A DNA stretch of 59,437 bases, filler included, from Globobulimina sp. (taxonomy: Eukaryota), in NCBI GenBank assembly GCA_003354225.1. It is 11 parts of 11 records of this genome, joined end to end, with 100 filler letters (N's around TTAATTAATTAA, not from the genome) between each part and the next. Parts side by side here need not be neighbours in the genome. Positions count along the whole stretch, not along the records: positions 10,854 to 16,172 come from PIVH01000631.1; positions 16,273 to 21,590 come from PIVH01000632.1; positions 21,691 to 27,005 come from PIVH01000633.1; 8 more parts are not named here. One strand, 5' to 3'. This document shows, piece after piece, positions 12,214 through 24,498 of this stretch. Numbering within the stretch: the stretch's first letter is position 1; the number at the start of each line of letters is the position of its first letter. A model generated the notes under the pieces. The model made no database searches and was not told the origin of the DNA. It saw only the letters and a list, made by a program, of their open reading frames with translations. A program made the translations under genes and the position numbers.

Positions 12214-15200
12214 CTATCTTCTATTATTGTTGCAATGTCTTTTTCGTCGTCCCAGAGGTATCAAATTGCCTCGCTTTCTTTTTTTCTTTCTTGCTTTGCT
12301 TATATCCATTAATGATTCACTGTTTTCATCGATTGATTCGTCACTGCTTACATCGCTTGACTCATTTCCAGAAATTTCTTCTTTGTCATTACTTGCTTTT
12401 TCCTCATCACTTAAATCGCTGTCTTCATCATTTAAATCACTCTTTTTTTCATCCAATCGATCCATAATTGACACTTTTTTTTGATTTCCTTTCTTAATAT
12501 ATTTTATTCTATGTTCATTTATTAATTGTTTCAATTTTTTTGAAACACTTTTAAAATCATCGGGTAATACCAATGTTGTCTTTATATCATAGTCATCGAC
12601 TGATTTTTTTAATATTCTTACTAATTTAATAAAATTCGCTGTGCCCACTTTATATTTTTCAATATCATCGAAATAAATCTTATCGGCTTCATCATAAATT
12701 GATTGTAATTGCTCTTTTTGTATATCTTGAATCGATATAGTTTTTGTAAAATCGCAGATATTATGATCTAAATCACCCTTTTCGACCGTGTCATGTCTAT
12801 TTACCACGGTCATCATCCAATTACTTCCATTCACATTGTTTACATTGATTTTCTGTGGGCAAACCGATGGAAAATGCCACGATAAATGATTGCCGATTGA
12901 TTCCATTGCTTGGCCGGTATATGACGCCGCTCCCAACTTTGTGCTAATCACTGTACAAAGAGTGATAAAAGGAGCTACTTCCTGGCTCAGTATCGTGTAA
13001 AACTGGTCACGCTGACATGTTAACATAAATGCAAAGCAAAGTAAAATGTTCATGTTTTTGAAAAACAGTACAGTCGAAGTTTAAAATGCATGGTACTGTG
13101 AAAACATAGAAACACATACATGCAAGTCTGGACATAAGCGATGCGAATGATATCTTAAGCTGGATCCATATGCATCTAAGCGAATTAATTCATTTTCTAA
13201 TTTGTCATTGAAACTGAATATTTTGTATGCGATCGTTGAGCAATGTTGAAAATGAGCATTTACATATTCAACTGCTAATTGTTTCGTTAATGCATCATTG
13301 CCATCCAAATCTTCACTCAATTTTAATAATATTACAGGCAATGCTGGTAATAATTTGTCGCATTCAGTACCGATTAATGAGCACGATATTTTTTTAGTCT
13401 TTGTTTGCGTTTTTAGCGCCTCTCGCAATCCAATCAATGGCTTCTTAGCGGCGGGAAATTTCTTGATAGCATAATCAATGACATGTGTTGCTTTCGTATC
13501 ATTGTATCTGTAATCAACTGATAATTGATTGGATAAAATATGTGTGAAAACACGTATTTTGACATGCAATCCACAAAAAACAAAAAATACAGAGAACCGC
13601 AATCCTTTTTTAGTAAATGGAATCCCGTTTGCTTTGGCATATAATTTCATTTTATTATGATACCAAGCATCGGATTGACCGGGATTTTCACGCTTCAGTT
13701 TATCTGATTGCTCACCAACCAAATACCATAGCTGTTGTATATAGGATTTTGGTGTGAGAATACGTCCTGTTTTTGATGTTGTTGGTTTGTTAATAATTTG
13801 CTTCTCGAAATCTTGTGGGGAATATTTTGTTGATTGCAACCATACTTTGTAATTAATATCATCTCTAAAATAAAACCATACTTTTTTGCCATTCATAATG
13901 TGATAATGATGTGCATTTTTCTCATCTCCTTTCAATTTAAAATAAACAATCATGAAATATTTATCTTGTTGGCTCCCAACCATCGGCCATATCATATGCA
14001 AATCGCCTTTAATCATCAAATTAAATGTATATTCGATAAATGCCAATCTGTTTTCTTCTTCGTCTATTAATATCTGCAATTTATACTGCTCATTTTCATC
14101 CAATTTATCCGTCCATTCACCATAAAAATCGAAAATATGTTTATCGACATCATCGCAATTTGCTACAACGCATGAATGAGATCCACGATGATGACTGCAC
14201 AAAAGAGAGAAATGTTAACATAAAAGTAAAGGTTAAGTGAAAATGTTTTTGAGTCACACTGAAAATGAATGACAATCAATGGCACGCTTCAGAGACAAAC
14301 ATACTGTGTTGCACCAGGTTTCATTGCTGTGATGGCACATAATACGCCATGCATAAATTTCTTGGATGGAATGTCTGATATTTTGCCTTTTGCATCCAAT
14401 GATAACGCCATCCATTGTACTTGGTTTGATTTTAATATAACACACGATAATGAATCACCATCATCGCTCTTTCTTTCCTCCCAACGAACAGTAATATCTT
14501 CTGGGAATTCATCATTATAAATATCGTATTCAATGTCACCACTCTCTCGCCATAAAAATTCGTCAATCTGTTTTTGATAGTTTGTAATATGAAAAACGTT
14601 TGTTGCCCCGTAATAAATTATATTTGTAGATAATTGATAATAAATTGCTTTTGTTAAAGCAAATAAATCCTTGTGTACAATCAATAAAATGTCTTCATTC
14701 CGTTCTTCTTCATCCAATTCAATCCAATACCTTTGCCATTGCGATATATCACGATAACGTACCAATGAGTCCATGTATGCTGTACATTTTTTATATTCAT
14801 CGGAATTCACAAATTGATTAATTATCTGTCCATCATTCATTTGTTTCCGTTTTGATACTCCATCTTTAATACAATGTGTTGATATTTTGGTAATTAAATT
14901 GCGATATTGCTGGTTTGTACGCTGCGATTGCTTGGTTTTGCATATTGCATACCAATCTTTATATAATTTTGACAATAAATGCTTGACATTTTTCAGATCC
15001 TTTTCATATTTAATATTATATAATTTTTTAATTTTATTATCAGATTCTACGCATAAAAATTGCATCTTCTTTGAGCCGGTTAATATTTTCGTTGCTAACT
15101 TAAATCGTCCATTATCATCCAATGCATTATCTGCAGCTGTCTGCAATTCATTTATTCGCTGATTCATTGTCCGCGGCGCTATAATTGTTTTGCGGCATTG

Positions 15201-16085
15201 TCGTTTTTGCGACAAAGCACTGCCCTCAAATAATTTTTTCATATATCTTTTCGTGTTTTGGTGCTGCTCAAAATTATCAGCTGCAACTTCGCCAATTATT
15301 GACGCCATTTTTGTCTCTAAAATCGACCCAATTAATACCATCATTTGCGATTTATGTACATATATTTGATTCACTCCATTTGTATCCAAAACAGATATCT
15401 CTGTCGGGATATTAGTTGCATTTATCATTGTATTTGTCATTTTTTTTTGTGGGATTGGTGTGTCTGTATTTAATTGCTGTAATTCTGTGATTGGTGTAAT
15501 GTTTGATGTCATTGATCTGGTTCTGCGTCGGTAGGAAATTAAATTGTTAATCATCGGTGTTTCTGGCTGCTTTTTTTGTGGCTGCTTGGTTTGTGGCTGC
15601 GTTGTTTCTTTTGATTGCTCTTTTTTTTCATCATTTTGTTTACTTTTTATCTTAGCCTTTCTCGCCTTTTTTGCTTTTTTATTGCTCTTTAAAATATCCG
15701 TATTACACAATATACTCAATTGATTCCATATAGATTGATAATTTGCTTTGATTGTATTTGTTTCTTTTTTATTGCTACCAAATACCCATTTTTTGCTTGA
15801 ATAATATGTTTCTAATGATTCGTCATCATCTGTGTGCAATGCATATTGTTTTGTGCATTTTATAATTTGTGTTTGTGATTTATTTGATGACCATGCTGTA
15901 TAATATTCATCGACAGATAAATATGATGTCGATTTATGTTTATCTTCAACCGATCTGTTTCGAATTGTCCATTTATCGGTATATTGCGGCAATGATTTGC
16001 ATGTGAAAATACGCCACGAATTGGTGAATCCGGGAAAAGTGAATCGACGCTTTGTAGGAAGCGTTGCGTTTGTTACTTTCACCAT
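12214..16085 (-). mobile_element. Spliced RAG1/Transib-like DDE transposase gene (~1200 aa); introns 14195-14304 and 13012-13119, possible third in-frame intron ~13510-13597
   Basis: Three ORFs join in frame through GTATGT..AG introns. Motifs occur in RAG1 order: APRTMNQRINELQ, NQQYRNL, ALSLDAKG (D), KGDLHMIWPMVG (D), SLIGTECDKLL, GAASYTGQAMESIGN (E). Confidence 0.65.
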
Positions 16086-16272
16086 AATGTAAAGCAAGAG
16101 AGATAAATGTTGAAGTTTAAGGTTTTTCACTCAGGATCCATATATGGTCATCGGGATCCATGGATGCAGAAANNNNNNNNNNNNNNNNNNNNNNNNNNNN
16201 NNNNNNNNNNNNNNNNTTAATTAATTAANNNNNNNNNNNNNNNNNNNNNNNNNNNNNNNNNNNNNNNNNNNN

Positions 16273-16391
16273 GCCAAATGGAAGAACAAAACAATATAAT
16301 CATGTACAAACTAACAAATGTTACAAATACTTACAATGCAGTTTGTACCCCATCCACCATCAACGATGTTCCAGTACAAAACTTTGATTCA
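16273..16391. repeat. 119-bp terminal direct repeat of contig 4, identical to 21472-21590
   Basis: GCCAAATGGAAGAAC...CTTTGATTCA occurs at both contig ends. Confidence 0.97.
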
Positions 16392-16507
16392 GCACTGGCA
16401 AAAAACAAACATGCAAAAGCCACCTCCTTTGCTGTCCCAGTCCTTTTAATAATTTGTTCTTTGCATTTAATTCTTTCCCATTCTTCAAAACTCCATTTAT
16501 GATCTTT
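16331..16507 (-). pseudogene. Orphan 3' exon of a short-chain dehydrogenase/reductase (not in the ORF track)
   Basis: After a CACAG acceptor it reads KDHKWSFEEWERIKCKEQIIKRTGTAKEVAFACLFFASAESKFCTGTSLMVDGVQTAL*, the typical SDR C-terminus. No 5' part is present in the contig. Confidence 0.75.
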
Positions 16508-16596
16508 CTGTGAGATTTGTTACTTTGTAAAATGATTATACCTCTGCATACTTTGATACTTTTCTGAAAACAGCGCAGTACCTTCTAACTCAAACA

Positions 16597-17745
16597 ATGC
16601 TGCTTTCAATAATTGGGCTTTTATCCTGTTGTTTTATTGCCTTCCTTTGTTTTCGTTGGCATCTTCATAACAGATTCGCCAGTATCCGTTCCGAACAGCG
16701 AAAGAAATTCTTGCTTCGGAAAAGAACAAATGTGGAGCATATAACAACAACCATTCACGACATAGCTTCAGAAATTTGGAAAATTAGCTCCCAATCAACA
16801 CCCAATTGCAACACGAATGAAACAGCAGATTGCAGCTCAAAACTTATTTACATACTGATCCCCGGCAATCCCGGCATATCATCGGCATACGTTCATTGGA
16901 TGCAAATTTTAGTTTCGATGTTTGTGGCACAACGAAGTAAAACTTATGATTCAATGGACGTATATATAATGAGTCATGCCGGGCATTCTGGCGATCCCTG
17001 GAATTGTAATGAAAGCAAATTATTTAATTTAGACGATCAAATCCAACATAAAATACATTGCATTGAATACATAATCAGCAAAAACTACAAACATAACAAT
17101 AAAAACTGTCATTATGTATTTGCTGGACATTCAATCGGAGCCTTTATTTGCTTAAAAAGTATAAAACATTTTGCGTTTATTGATATTAAACAGATTCATT
17201 TGTGGACGCCAACCATCGTAAATATTGGGAAAAGCTCAAATGGACTGCGGACACAAAAACTATTCAAATATTTCTCTTTTTTGTTCCCAGTGATTCAATT
17301 TGCGAGTTCCTATATTTTACCTTTTTGGATATGTAAGTTATTGGCGCCGCCGTCTTTGTGTAATATCGAAGTGGCGATTCGAGCGATTCAATGTAAAAAT
17401 TCCAAGCTCTTTCTAAATATGGTGGCAATGGCACAGCAGGAATTTATTGACGTGGTAGGTTTGGATGGAACGGAGATTGATCGCTTATTACAGCATCACA
17501 GGAAACGAATTGTGTTTTATTGGGCGGATATCGATGGATGGGCTCATAAACAGTGTCGTATTGACATAAAGGATCTATTCAAAAAACAGCATGACGAGGA
17601 AATGAATGACATCTTTGCATTCTGGGAAGTTGACAGAAATATTAAGCATGGATTAATGGTGGATGAGTCGGCAAAAAATGTTGAAAAAAGGTTATCTCGA
17701 AAAATTTTAAATTGGGTTCATAACGAATTAACCATTGATAATTGA
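16597..17745 (+). CDS. Lipid-droplet-associated hydrolase (LDAH/C2orf43-like alpha/beta hydrolase)
   Basis: IPGNPG, SHAGH, LDDQIQHK, GHSIGAF motifs; N-terminal hydrophobic anchor. Confidence 0.85.
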   Translation: MLLSIIGLLSCCFIAFLCFRWHLHNRFASIRSEQRKKFLLRKRTNVEHITTTIHDIASEIWKISSQSTPNCNTNETADCSSKLIYILIPGNPGISSAYVHWMQILVSMFVAQRSKTYDSMDVYIMSHAGHSGDPWNCNESKLFNLDDQIQHKIHCIEYIISKNYKHNNKNCHYVFAGHSIGAFICLKSIKHFAFIDIKQIHLWTPTIVNIGKSSNGLRTQKLFKYFSFLFPVIQFASSYILPFWICKLLAPPSLCNIEVAIRAIQCKNSKLFLNMVAMAQQEFIDVVGLDGTEIDRLLQHHRKRIVFYWADIDGWAHKQCRIDIKDLFKKQHDEEMNDIFAFWEVDRNIKHGLMVDESAKNVEKRLSRKILNWVHNELTIDN

Positions 17746-17824
17746 TAATTGATATGATAAGATATGATATTCTTTTTAATACTCTCAAATTAAAAACTTT
17801 CCTTTGCAAAAACTGTCTTTTGTG

Positions 17825-18805
17825 ATGGGTGTTGGTTGTAGCAGCTGCGGCAAAAAAGTAAAAATTACTATTGACACAAGTGCCTATCTGGAAAACCCAC
17901 GTTGGTCGGATGCGAGCACCAAGAACAAACTGGGAGGTATTCGCATGTTACACGCCGAGAATCCAGACCTAATAAACGAGTTTGTCGATAAGGCCGGGCA
18001 CACCGCCATCCACTTGGCGGTACAAAACAAGAATGGCGAGTTGTTACTCTATTTATTGGATAATGGAGTCGATATAAATGCGAAAGGAGGCCGCCATCGC
18101 AATACAGCGTTGCATGAAGCCGTTGTAATCCAAGATATGAAAGCAATTCGCCTTTTATTTTCGTATGGCATCGATGACTCTGTGTTGAATAAACGTGGTC
18201 AGAGAGCCATTGATTTGTGTCCAGATTTATTGAAGCGGCAGTTTACGAAAGCAAAGCAACACCGACATAAACACAGAGAGAAACTCATTAATATGAAACA
18301 TCGCAGGGAGCCGACGGATATAATTATTGCTGGAATGTCTTTGAAATCGGCCGCAAACACTCAACAAATAAAGAAATTCGTTCGTGAACAAGACGTTGCA
18401 TTGATTTTTTATAAGAATAAGAAGAAAGAAATCGAGGACAGAGGGAATGTGGCGATAACCTCATTTGGTGAGAACGTCGGCTGTGAGATTGATGAAATTG
18501 CAGTCACTTTATACAAAATACCGAACTCTGCCAAAGTATGGCAAAAATGGGCGGGAAAGCCTGCGTTGACGCGGCAGACCAATATATACAAAATGTTGTA
18601 TGGTTTGACAGTGCTGACATTGCGGAAAAAGAATCCGCGAGCAAAGAAACCGCCGGGTCATCCCATTAAATTATTGACGAGTAAGCTATGCAAGAAATTG
18701 CCAAAAAGAAAAGGAAAAAAGACTTTGACAAAGAAATACTTCGTTAAAAAGTGTCATAACACTCTGTTTGCTTTGCATCAAGAAATGGTTAATGTGGGAT
18801 TATAA
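17825..18805 (+). CDS. Ankyrin-repeat protein with possible N-acylation motif (MGVGCSSC)
   Basis: GHTAIHLAV, GVDINAKG, RNTALHEAV ankyrin motifs. Confidence 0.85.
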   Translation: MGVGCSSCGKKVKITIDTSAYLENPRWSDASTKNKLGGIRMLHAENPDLINEFVDKAGHTAIHLAVQNKNGELLLYLLDNGVDINAKGGRHRNTALHEAVVIQDMKAIRLLFSYGIDDSVLNKRGQRAIDLCPDLLKRQFTKAKQHRHKHREKLINMKHRREPTDIIIAGMSLKSAANTQQIKKFVREQDVALIFYKNKKKEIEDRGNVAITSFGENVGCEIDEIAVTLYKIPNSAKVWQKWAGKPALTRQTNIYKMLYGLTVLTLRKKNPRAKKPPGHPIKLLTSKLCKKLPKRKGKKTLTKKYFVKKCHNTLFALHQEMVNVGL

Positions 18806-19365
18806 TTTATAATCTATGTTTTTATATATATTTATATTATATATTTAGATCAATTTTTGTGTGTTCTTTTTTAATTTTAATTCTAAGAATGTTTTAAAAC
18901 ATTACCTTTTTGATACGTGTCCATTTTGTGATTCACCACAATTTTACAGAAATAATGGAACACCGTCAGAATGTCGAGCCATTCTGGTTGAACCATATTT
19001 TTTTCAAAACTGGTGGCCCATCGGAATGTTTCTGCATCTGGTCAAGCAAATGCAAATGCACCAAATGTACCACCACACGCAAATGCAGTTAATGAACCGC
19101 AAGGTGGGGTGGGGGATATTATGTTTTATACTGCTTTTGCTGTTTTGTTCACGGTCAAATTTTCTTGTGAACTGAAGCTTAAAATCTGTCGTCAAGTGAG
19201 AACTAACAGGGATGTCGTCGTCGTCAGGTGAAGAGGGTTTATTACTATTTTTTGGTGTTCCAAATGATGCAAATGCTGATCAAAATCCAATAGTTAACGG
19301 AACTCAAAGTTACGAAACGCCTGAATACTCTCACCGGCCACACTAACATACGTATATAATTAACA

Positions 19366-20106
19366 GATGCTAACGATACAAAAGAAGAGCCAGAAAACAA
19401 GTATAATAAAAGAGGCGAATATGTTCACTCATTTAATAATCTTATCTCAATCATTGAGTCAACAACACTTTTCCAGCAAATTAATGAATCCACGAAAATG
19501 TATTCAACCATTATCGCACAGATGATAGTAACAGCGGATGTGATTAAAATTGATTATAAAACAATGTTATTAAATATTAGCAAAAAAGGCTGGTCAGAGG
19601 CAGATGGAACATATGGCTTAAAAAATTTATTTAGGCGCAATGATAGGTGTTATTGTTCGAGCACTGGTACTGGAAATTGTGTTGACTTATTGCTTGATTT
19701 AAAACAGGAATATACTTTAAATACATTCCATGCCTGGACCACCGGCTGGGGTTATACCTGTCCGTTAATTAAAGCATATTTATGGGTGTTTGGCTCAAAG
19801 ACCGCAGTTTCTGTGGGTCATATTAAGAAATTATGTGTTGGAAAATTATATGCTAAGGAAAAATTTGAACAGTTAAAAGTTTTTGATTTTGATGTTATTG
19901 ATCCCGACACAAACGAAAGGCGAAGAGACGAAATGGTTCCGGTGAGCTGTGTGGATGGATCAAACGAGGCAGAAAGCAAAGGTTGGAAATTTGAGCAAAA
20001 AATAGCATCACACATAAAAGGGAGATATATTTTAATTAAATTAATTTCCAGAGGGAATTCTAATGTTGATGCTAAATATGTTGGTATTGAAGGATATAAA
20101 ATGTGA
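19366..20106 (+). CDS. Hypothetical protein, last exon; possible galactose-binding-like beta-sandwich
   Basis: Frame is open from an AACAG acceptor near 19365 to 20106; ends GRYILIKLIS...NVDAKYVGIEG. 5' structure unresolved. Confidence 0.45.
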   Translation, partial: DANDTKEEPENKYNKRGEYVHSFNNLISIIESTTLFQQINESTKMYSTIIAQMIVTADVIKIDYKTMLLNISKKGWSEADGTYGLKNLFRRNDRCYCSSTGTGNCVDLLLDLKQEYTLNTFHAWTTGWGYTCPLIKAYLWVFGSKTAVSVGHIKKLCVGKLYAKEKFEQLKVFDFDVIDPDTNERRRDEMVPVSCVDGSNEAESKGWKFEQKIASHIKGRYILIKLISRGNSNVDAKYVGIEGYKM

Positions 20107-20480
20107 TTTGATCGATCGAATCGTGTGTTCACTGTGTTGCGTTAATTGTGTGTAAAGATACGCTGTTTTTATTTTACAAGTTTTTGAGTGAATTAAATAT
20201 AATCATCAAACTACACACTGCCAACACTTAATTTAATTCCCTTCTGGGAATGGGAAATCACGAATCACATCCAATACACAACGAAAATGGATCCGGGTCC
20301 AAACGCAAAGAAGACACTGACACACCTTAACTAAAACCCAAACAAGTTGAACAGAAAGAATCTTACTGAGACTAAAAAATTAAACTGTTGGATGGATTGG
20401 TTATGTCGATGGTGGAACTTTCGTATATTTATATAATTAAACATAGATTCTACTAATTCTACATGGACAATAGTGCGAAA

Positions 20481-21342
20481 TTAAATACCGTACGGAATTG
20501 TATCTACGACGTTTACATTGCCTCGGATCCCTCCTCCGCCTTCTCCGCCTTCTCCACCTTCTCCACCATCATCATGAGGTGCATTTGGATTATAAGCAAA
20601 TAGCTCTGCGGCATTTACTTCTGGCACATTTGGCGCAATATATTGTGGATTAACTTGCTGATTAACTTGCTGCTCAAATACAGTGATTCTAAAAAACATA
20701 CGTAATCGGATTGAAAAATCAAAAAAATCTACGGATTTCCCGCCGGTTATACTATACATTTGAAAGTGGCAAATACCATAATTATACTTTGCGTTTAATT
20801 GCTTCATTGCATTGCCAACTCTCTGATGAATGTCTCTGTGATATGCTTCTTTTAATGTTGACAATTTACATCTTATTGCACATCCGATTGGAGCACATAC
20901 ACACATTAAACACATGAAAATCACACCAGATACCGAGATACCTTAATAAACAAACATATATATGTAATGTTTTTGTATTTTATAAGAATTTATTTTCATA
21001 ACTGGTAGCTCCAGATATTAAAAAATGAATATATGCATAAAATGAATATATTATCACATAAAATGCAGATATTGCAGATATTATCACTAAAACCATTGGC
21101 AGCATTGATAAACATTTGTATGTTCCTTTCCAATGAGTTAATTGAGGATCGTGAGTGTAAGAATGAACTGCTGCTTCAACACTTTGTCTAAATTCACTCC
21201 AAACATTGAGTGAAAATCTAACTTGAAATCCTGGATCAAATGAACTGTAATTATTAAAACCCGAAATTCTTAAATTACGTATTGGAACTGAGAATTCTAC
21301 ATTACTTGTATCAACCACTTTTTTTGAACTTCCAACGCCCAT
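20481..21342 (-). CDS. Two-exon membrane protein with N-myristoylation-like start (MGVGSS); intron ~20942-21002
   Basis: Two ORFs join through a GT-AG intron; two hydrophobic segments, Cys-rich stretch, Gly-rich tail. Confidence 0.6.
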
Positions 21343-22195
21343 TATTTATTAAAACAGTTTTTGTACAGTTTTAGCTCTTTAAATGATTTACAGTCTTCTT
21401 TACAGCTTTCCTATCAGAGGGCATCTCATATGTATTGATTTATAGAACAAAGCGATTCAAAACTTTAAAAAGCCAAATGGAAGAACAAAACAATATAATC
21501 ATGTACAAACTAACAAATGTTACAAATACTTACAATGCAGTTTGTACCCCATCCACCATCAACGATGTTCCAGTACAAAACTTTGATTCANNNNNNNNNN
21601 NNNNNNNNNNNNNNNNNNNNNNNNNNNNNNNNNNTTAATTAATTAANNNNNNNNNNNNNNNNNNNNNNNNNNNNNNNNNNNNNNNNNNNNTGAAAACTAT
21701 GCACTCCCAAATCAACAACAAGTTATTTTTAATCAACAAATGGCAATAAACAATGAGATTTTGCAAGAAACAGAAGGTGGAGTTGATATTATTGATGAAA
21801 TACAATATGATGGAAACTACACAATTCAATAATCAGTTTGCTTAAAAACTTTTTTCCGAGCTAACAGATTAGCAACGCTAGTTTGGAAACACTTTTGTAT
21901 AAAATTAATAGTAATATTACGTAGTCATATATGACAAGATAACTTTCATCATAAATATAACATTAGTTTCGTAACATAACTTTCTTGAAACCTATGTACA
22001 ACCATCAAACCTGCGTCCAGATTATTTTGGTTTTGCTGTAAACGTATAGGAAATGCGAAACCTAGTTCCATGTCACAGAAAAAACTGCGACACTAAATCC
22101 TCTATCATTTTGAAAGGTTATAAAAAACACCAAACTAAGTTTCCAAATTTCAACAAATAACCATACATCAATCGAAACAGTGGTTGTGTGATTTG

Positions 22196-23853
22196 ATGGA
22201 ATTCAAAGGAGTCCCGAAGTATGGGTCAATTCAAGCCGGTTCACAGCCTATTATAAAAGCAAGAGCACACACTGAGCCGGCAGCGACCCATAACGAAAAC
22301 CAACAATTAGATTTGCCTCAAGGTTTACTATTTCGTTCAAAATCGGTACCTGAACAAATAACACATAAATTAAGCAATATGAACAGAGCATTATCACAAA
22401 CATTTTATACCCCACCGGTGGCAACAAATGAGTCCGTTTTTGTGATAAAGCGAGCTCGCTCTCAATTATTACAAGAAGCAGTTACTTTTGACAGCGCCAC
22501 ACAGCTACCAGACACAAGCAGGAATTTAAATGTATTTAAAGCTGGAACAAATAATTCTTAATTTATTCGTTGGTTTGGGATTATTGTCACAACCATACGC
22601 CATCAGACAAGGTGGTATTATTTCGTTGGTTTGGTTGTTAATCATAACTATGATCGCAAGCTACACCGGCAAAATATTGGTGCGGTGTTTTAAAAATATG
22701 AGTCCTGAAATGAAATCATATCCAGACATTGGTTGGAGTGCATTTAATAAATTCGGTTACGGTGCGTTTGGCAGATACTTTGCAAGAATTGCAATACTTT
22801 GTGATGTTGGTCTCGCATTAAGCATTTTTATTGTTATCAGCTGGCAAAATTTGATATATTTATCTGATATTAATGCGGAATACAATTATATTATCATTAT
22901 AGCAGTGTCTGTTGCTATCATACCAACAGTTTTATTGTTAAAATGGAGTGATTTGGTGTTTATTAGTTTAATTGGTATTATTGCTGCGGTTTTTTTATGT
23001 TTTATAATTGTCGTAAATTTGTTTGTTAATTGGGATGTAGTGAAGTCAAATTATCACAACAATGAATTTGCTGTATTTCCAAAGGATTTTGAGTCATTTG
23101 CCTTATCATTTGGCATTTATTTATTTACGTACGGTGGACATGCCTTTTTTGCACCGATTTATGATGAAATGAAAGCTGAATCACAGAAGAGCTTTGAACC
23201 AATGGTGGATGTTACATTTTTTATCATGTTTATTTTGCATGCAGTGATTGGCATTGCTGGCTATTTGCCGTATTGTGGTACAACACAAGTATTAATCACA
23301 CAAAATCTACTCTCAAATAAAAAATTGGGCGAATCTGTGTTATCAATGCTTGCCACTGCCTTGATTTTTTTGTCTTCGTTTTGCACAGTTTCGCCCATTA
23401 ATTCTGCTGTTTGTGGCACTTTGGAAGATATGTTGGGAATTTATAAGGGTTATAAAAAAGTTAAGTGGATTGTATTTGTTTGTATATGTAACAACACACC
23501 GTTCACATAGAGATTATTCCGTATCTTTATTATTATTGTCTGGTGTGTATTTTCCTGGGTTTTAATGAATAAGTTGGTTATTTTAGAAGCAATGGCGGGA
23601 GCTGTTGCCATTATGACTGGTATGTATTCGTTTTTATTTATTTTTGAAAAGATTATATTAATTGAATAATATAATATATATAGTTACTTATATTGCACCT
23701 TTCATGTTTTATGCAATTATTTATCAGAATAAGTTATCAACAATCAACTATTATTTACTTTTGTCATTTGCTGCTATTTGCGTAGTTTTAGCCATATTTT
23801 TTACTTATTTAAACGTTTCAGCTGCGTTAAATCCAATCAATAATAATTCTTAA
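22196..23853 (+). pseudogene. AVT1-like amino-acid transporter (Aa_trans) with +1 frameshift near 22553; introns 23460-23510 and 23620-23683
   Basis: NLFVGLGLLSQPYA, SYPDIG..AF, FTYGGHA motifs. An extra A in ACAAATAATTCTT splits the frame (pseudogene or assembly error). Confidence 0.75.
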
Positions 23854-24498
23854 AAGAATGCGTGTGTTTTCTTTAGTATATTGATATTTATTTTTAATTT
23901 TATTGCTATATTGTTGTTGTATGTCAGTTAAGCATACAAACTACAGTTTATGAGCACTAGTATAATTTAAATTGTATCTTTTTTTTGTTATAAAATAACT
24001 GAACCTCGCACATCTTGCACTGCAAGAGAATCACGAATAAAAAGCGAACACGTTCTTTATTAATCCGTCATCAAAAATCCAGCATTTTTTATCCGTCATC
24101 AAAAATGTGATTGTATACAAAGAAATGTCTGTGCAATGATAATATATCATTTCATCGGTCATCTGGTTTATGCGTTTAGATGAGATAGCCGCCTTTTATT
24201 GTTTGAATCTTAAAGTTTTGAAGAAGTATTTGTTATCACCATCTTCCTGATGTGCAAGGATATAATCGCAAAATAAAAGATTGTTTTATCCGTCATCAAA
24301 TAGCAGATTCAAGTAAGCTTATACAAAAGAAATTTGTGTGCAAGGATAATATATTTCTTTCAATTTCATAGTGGATTGTATGCTTAACTGACATACAAAC
24401 TTAAAATAATAAAATATTATATTATTACAAAAAAAAAAGAAATAATTAATAACAGGCAAAAATATAATGCATTTATAACTATAATTCTTTTCTTTTCT

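Noticed and set aside
16278-16502. Plus-strand 74-aa ORF duplicated at 21435-21638
   Set aside because: Antisense shadow of the SDR exon, duplicated only by the terminal overlap.
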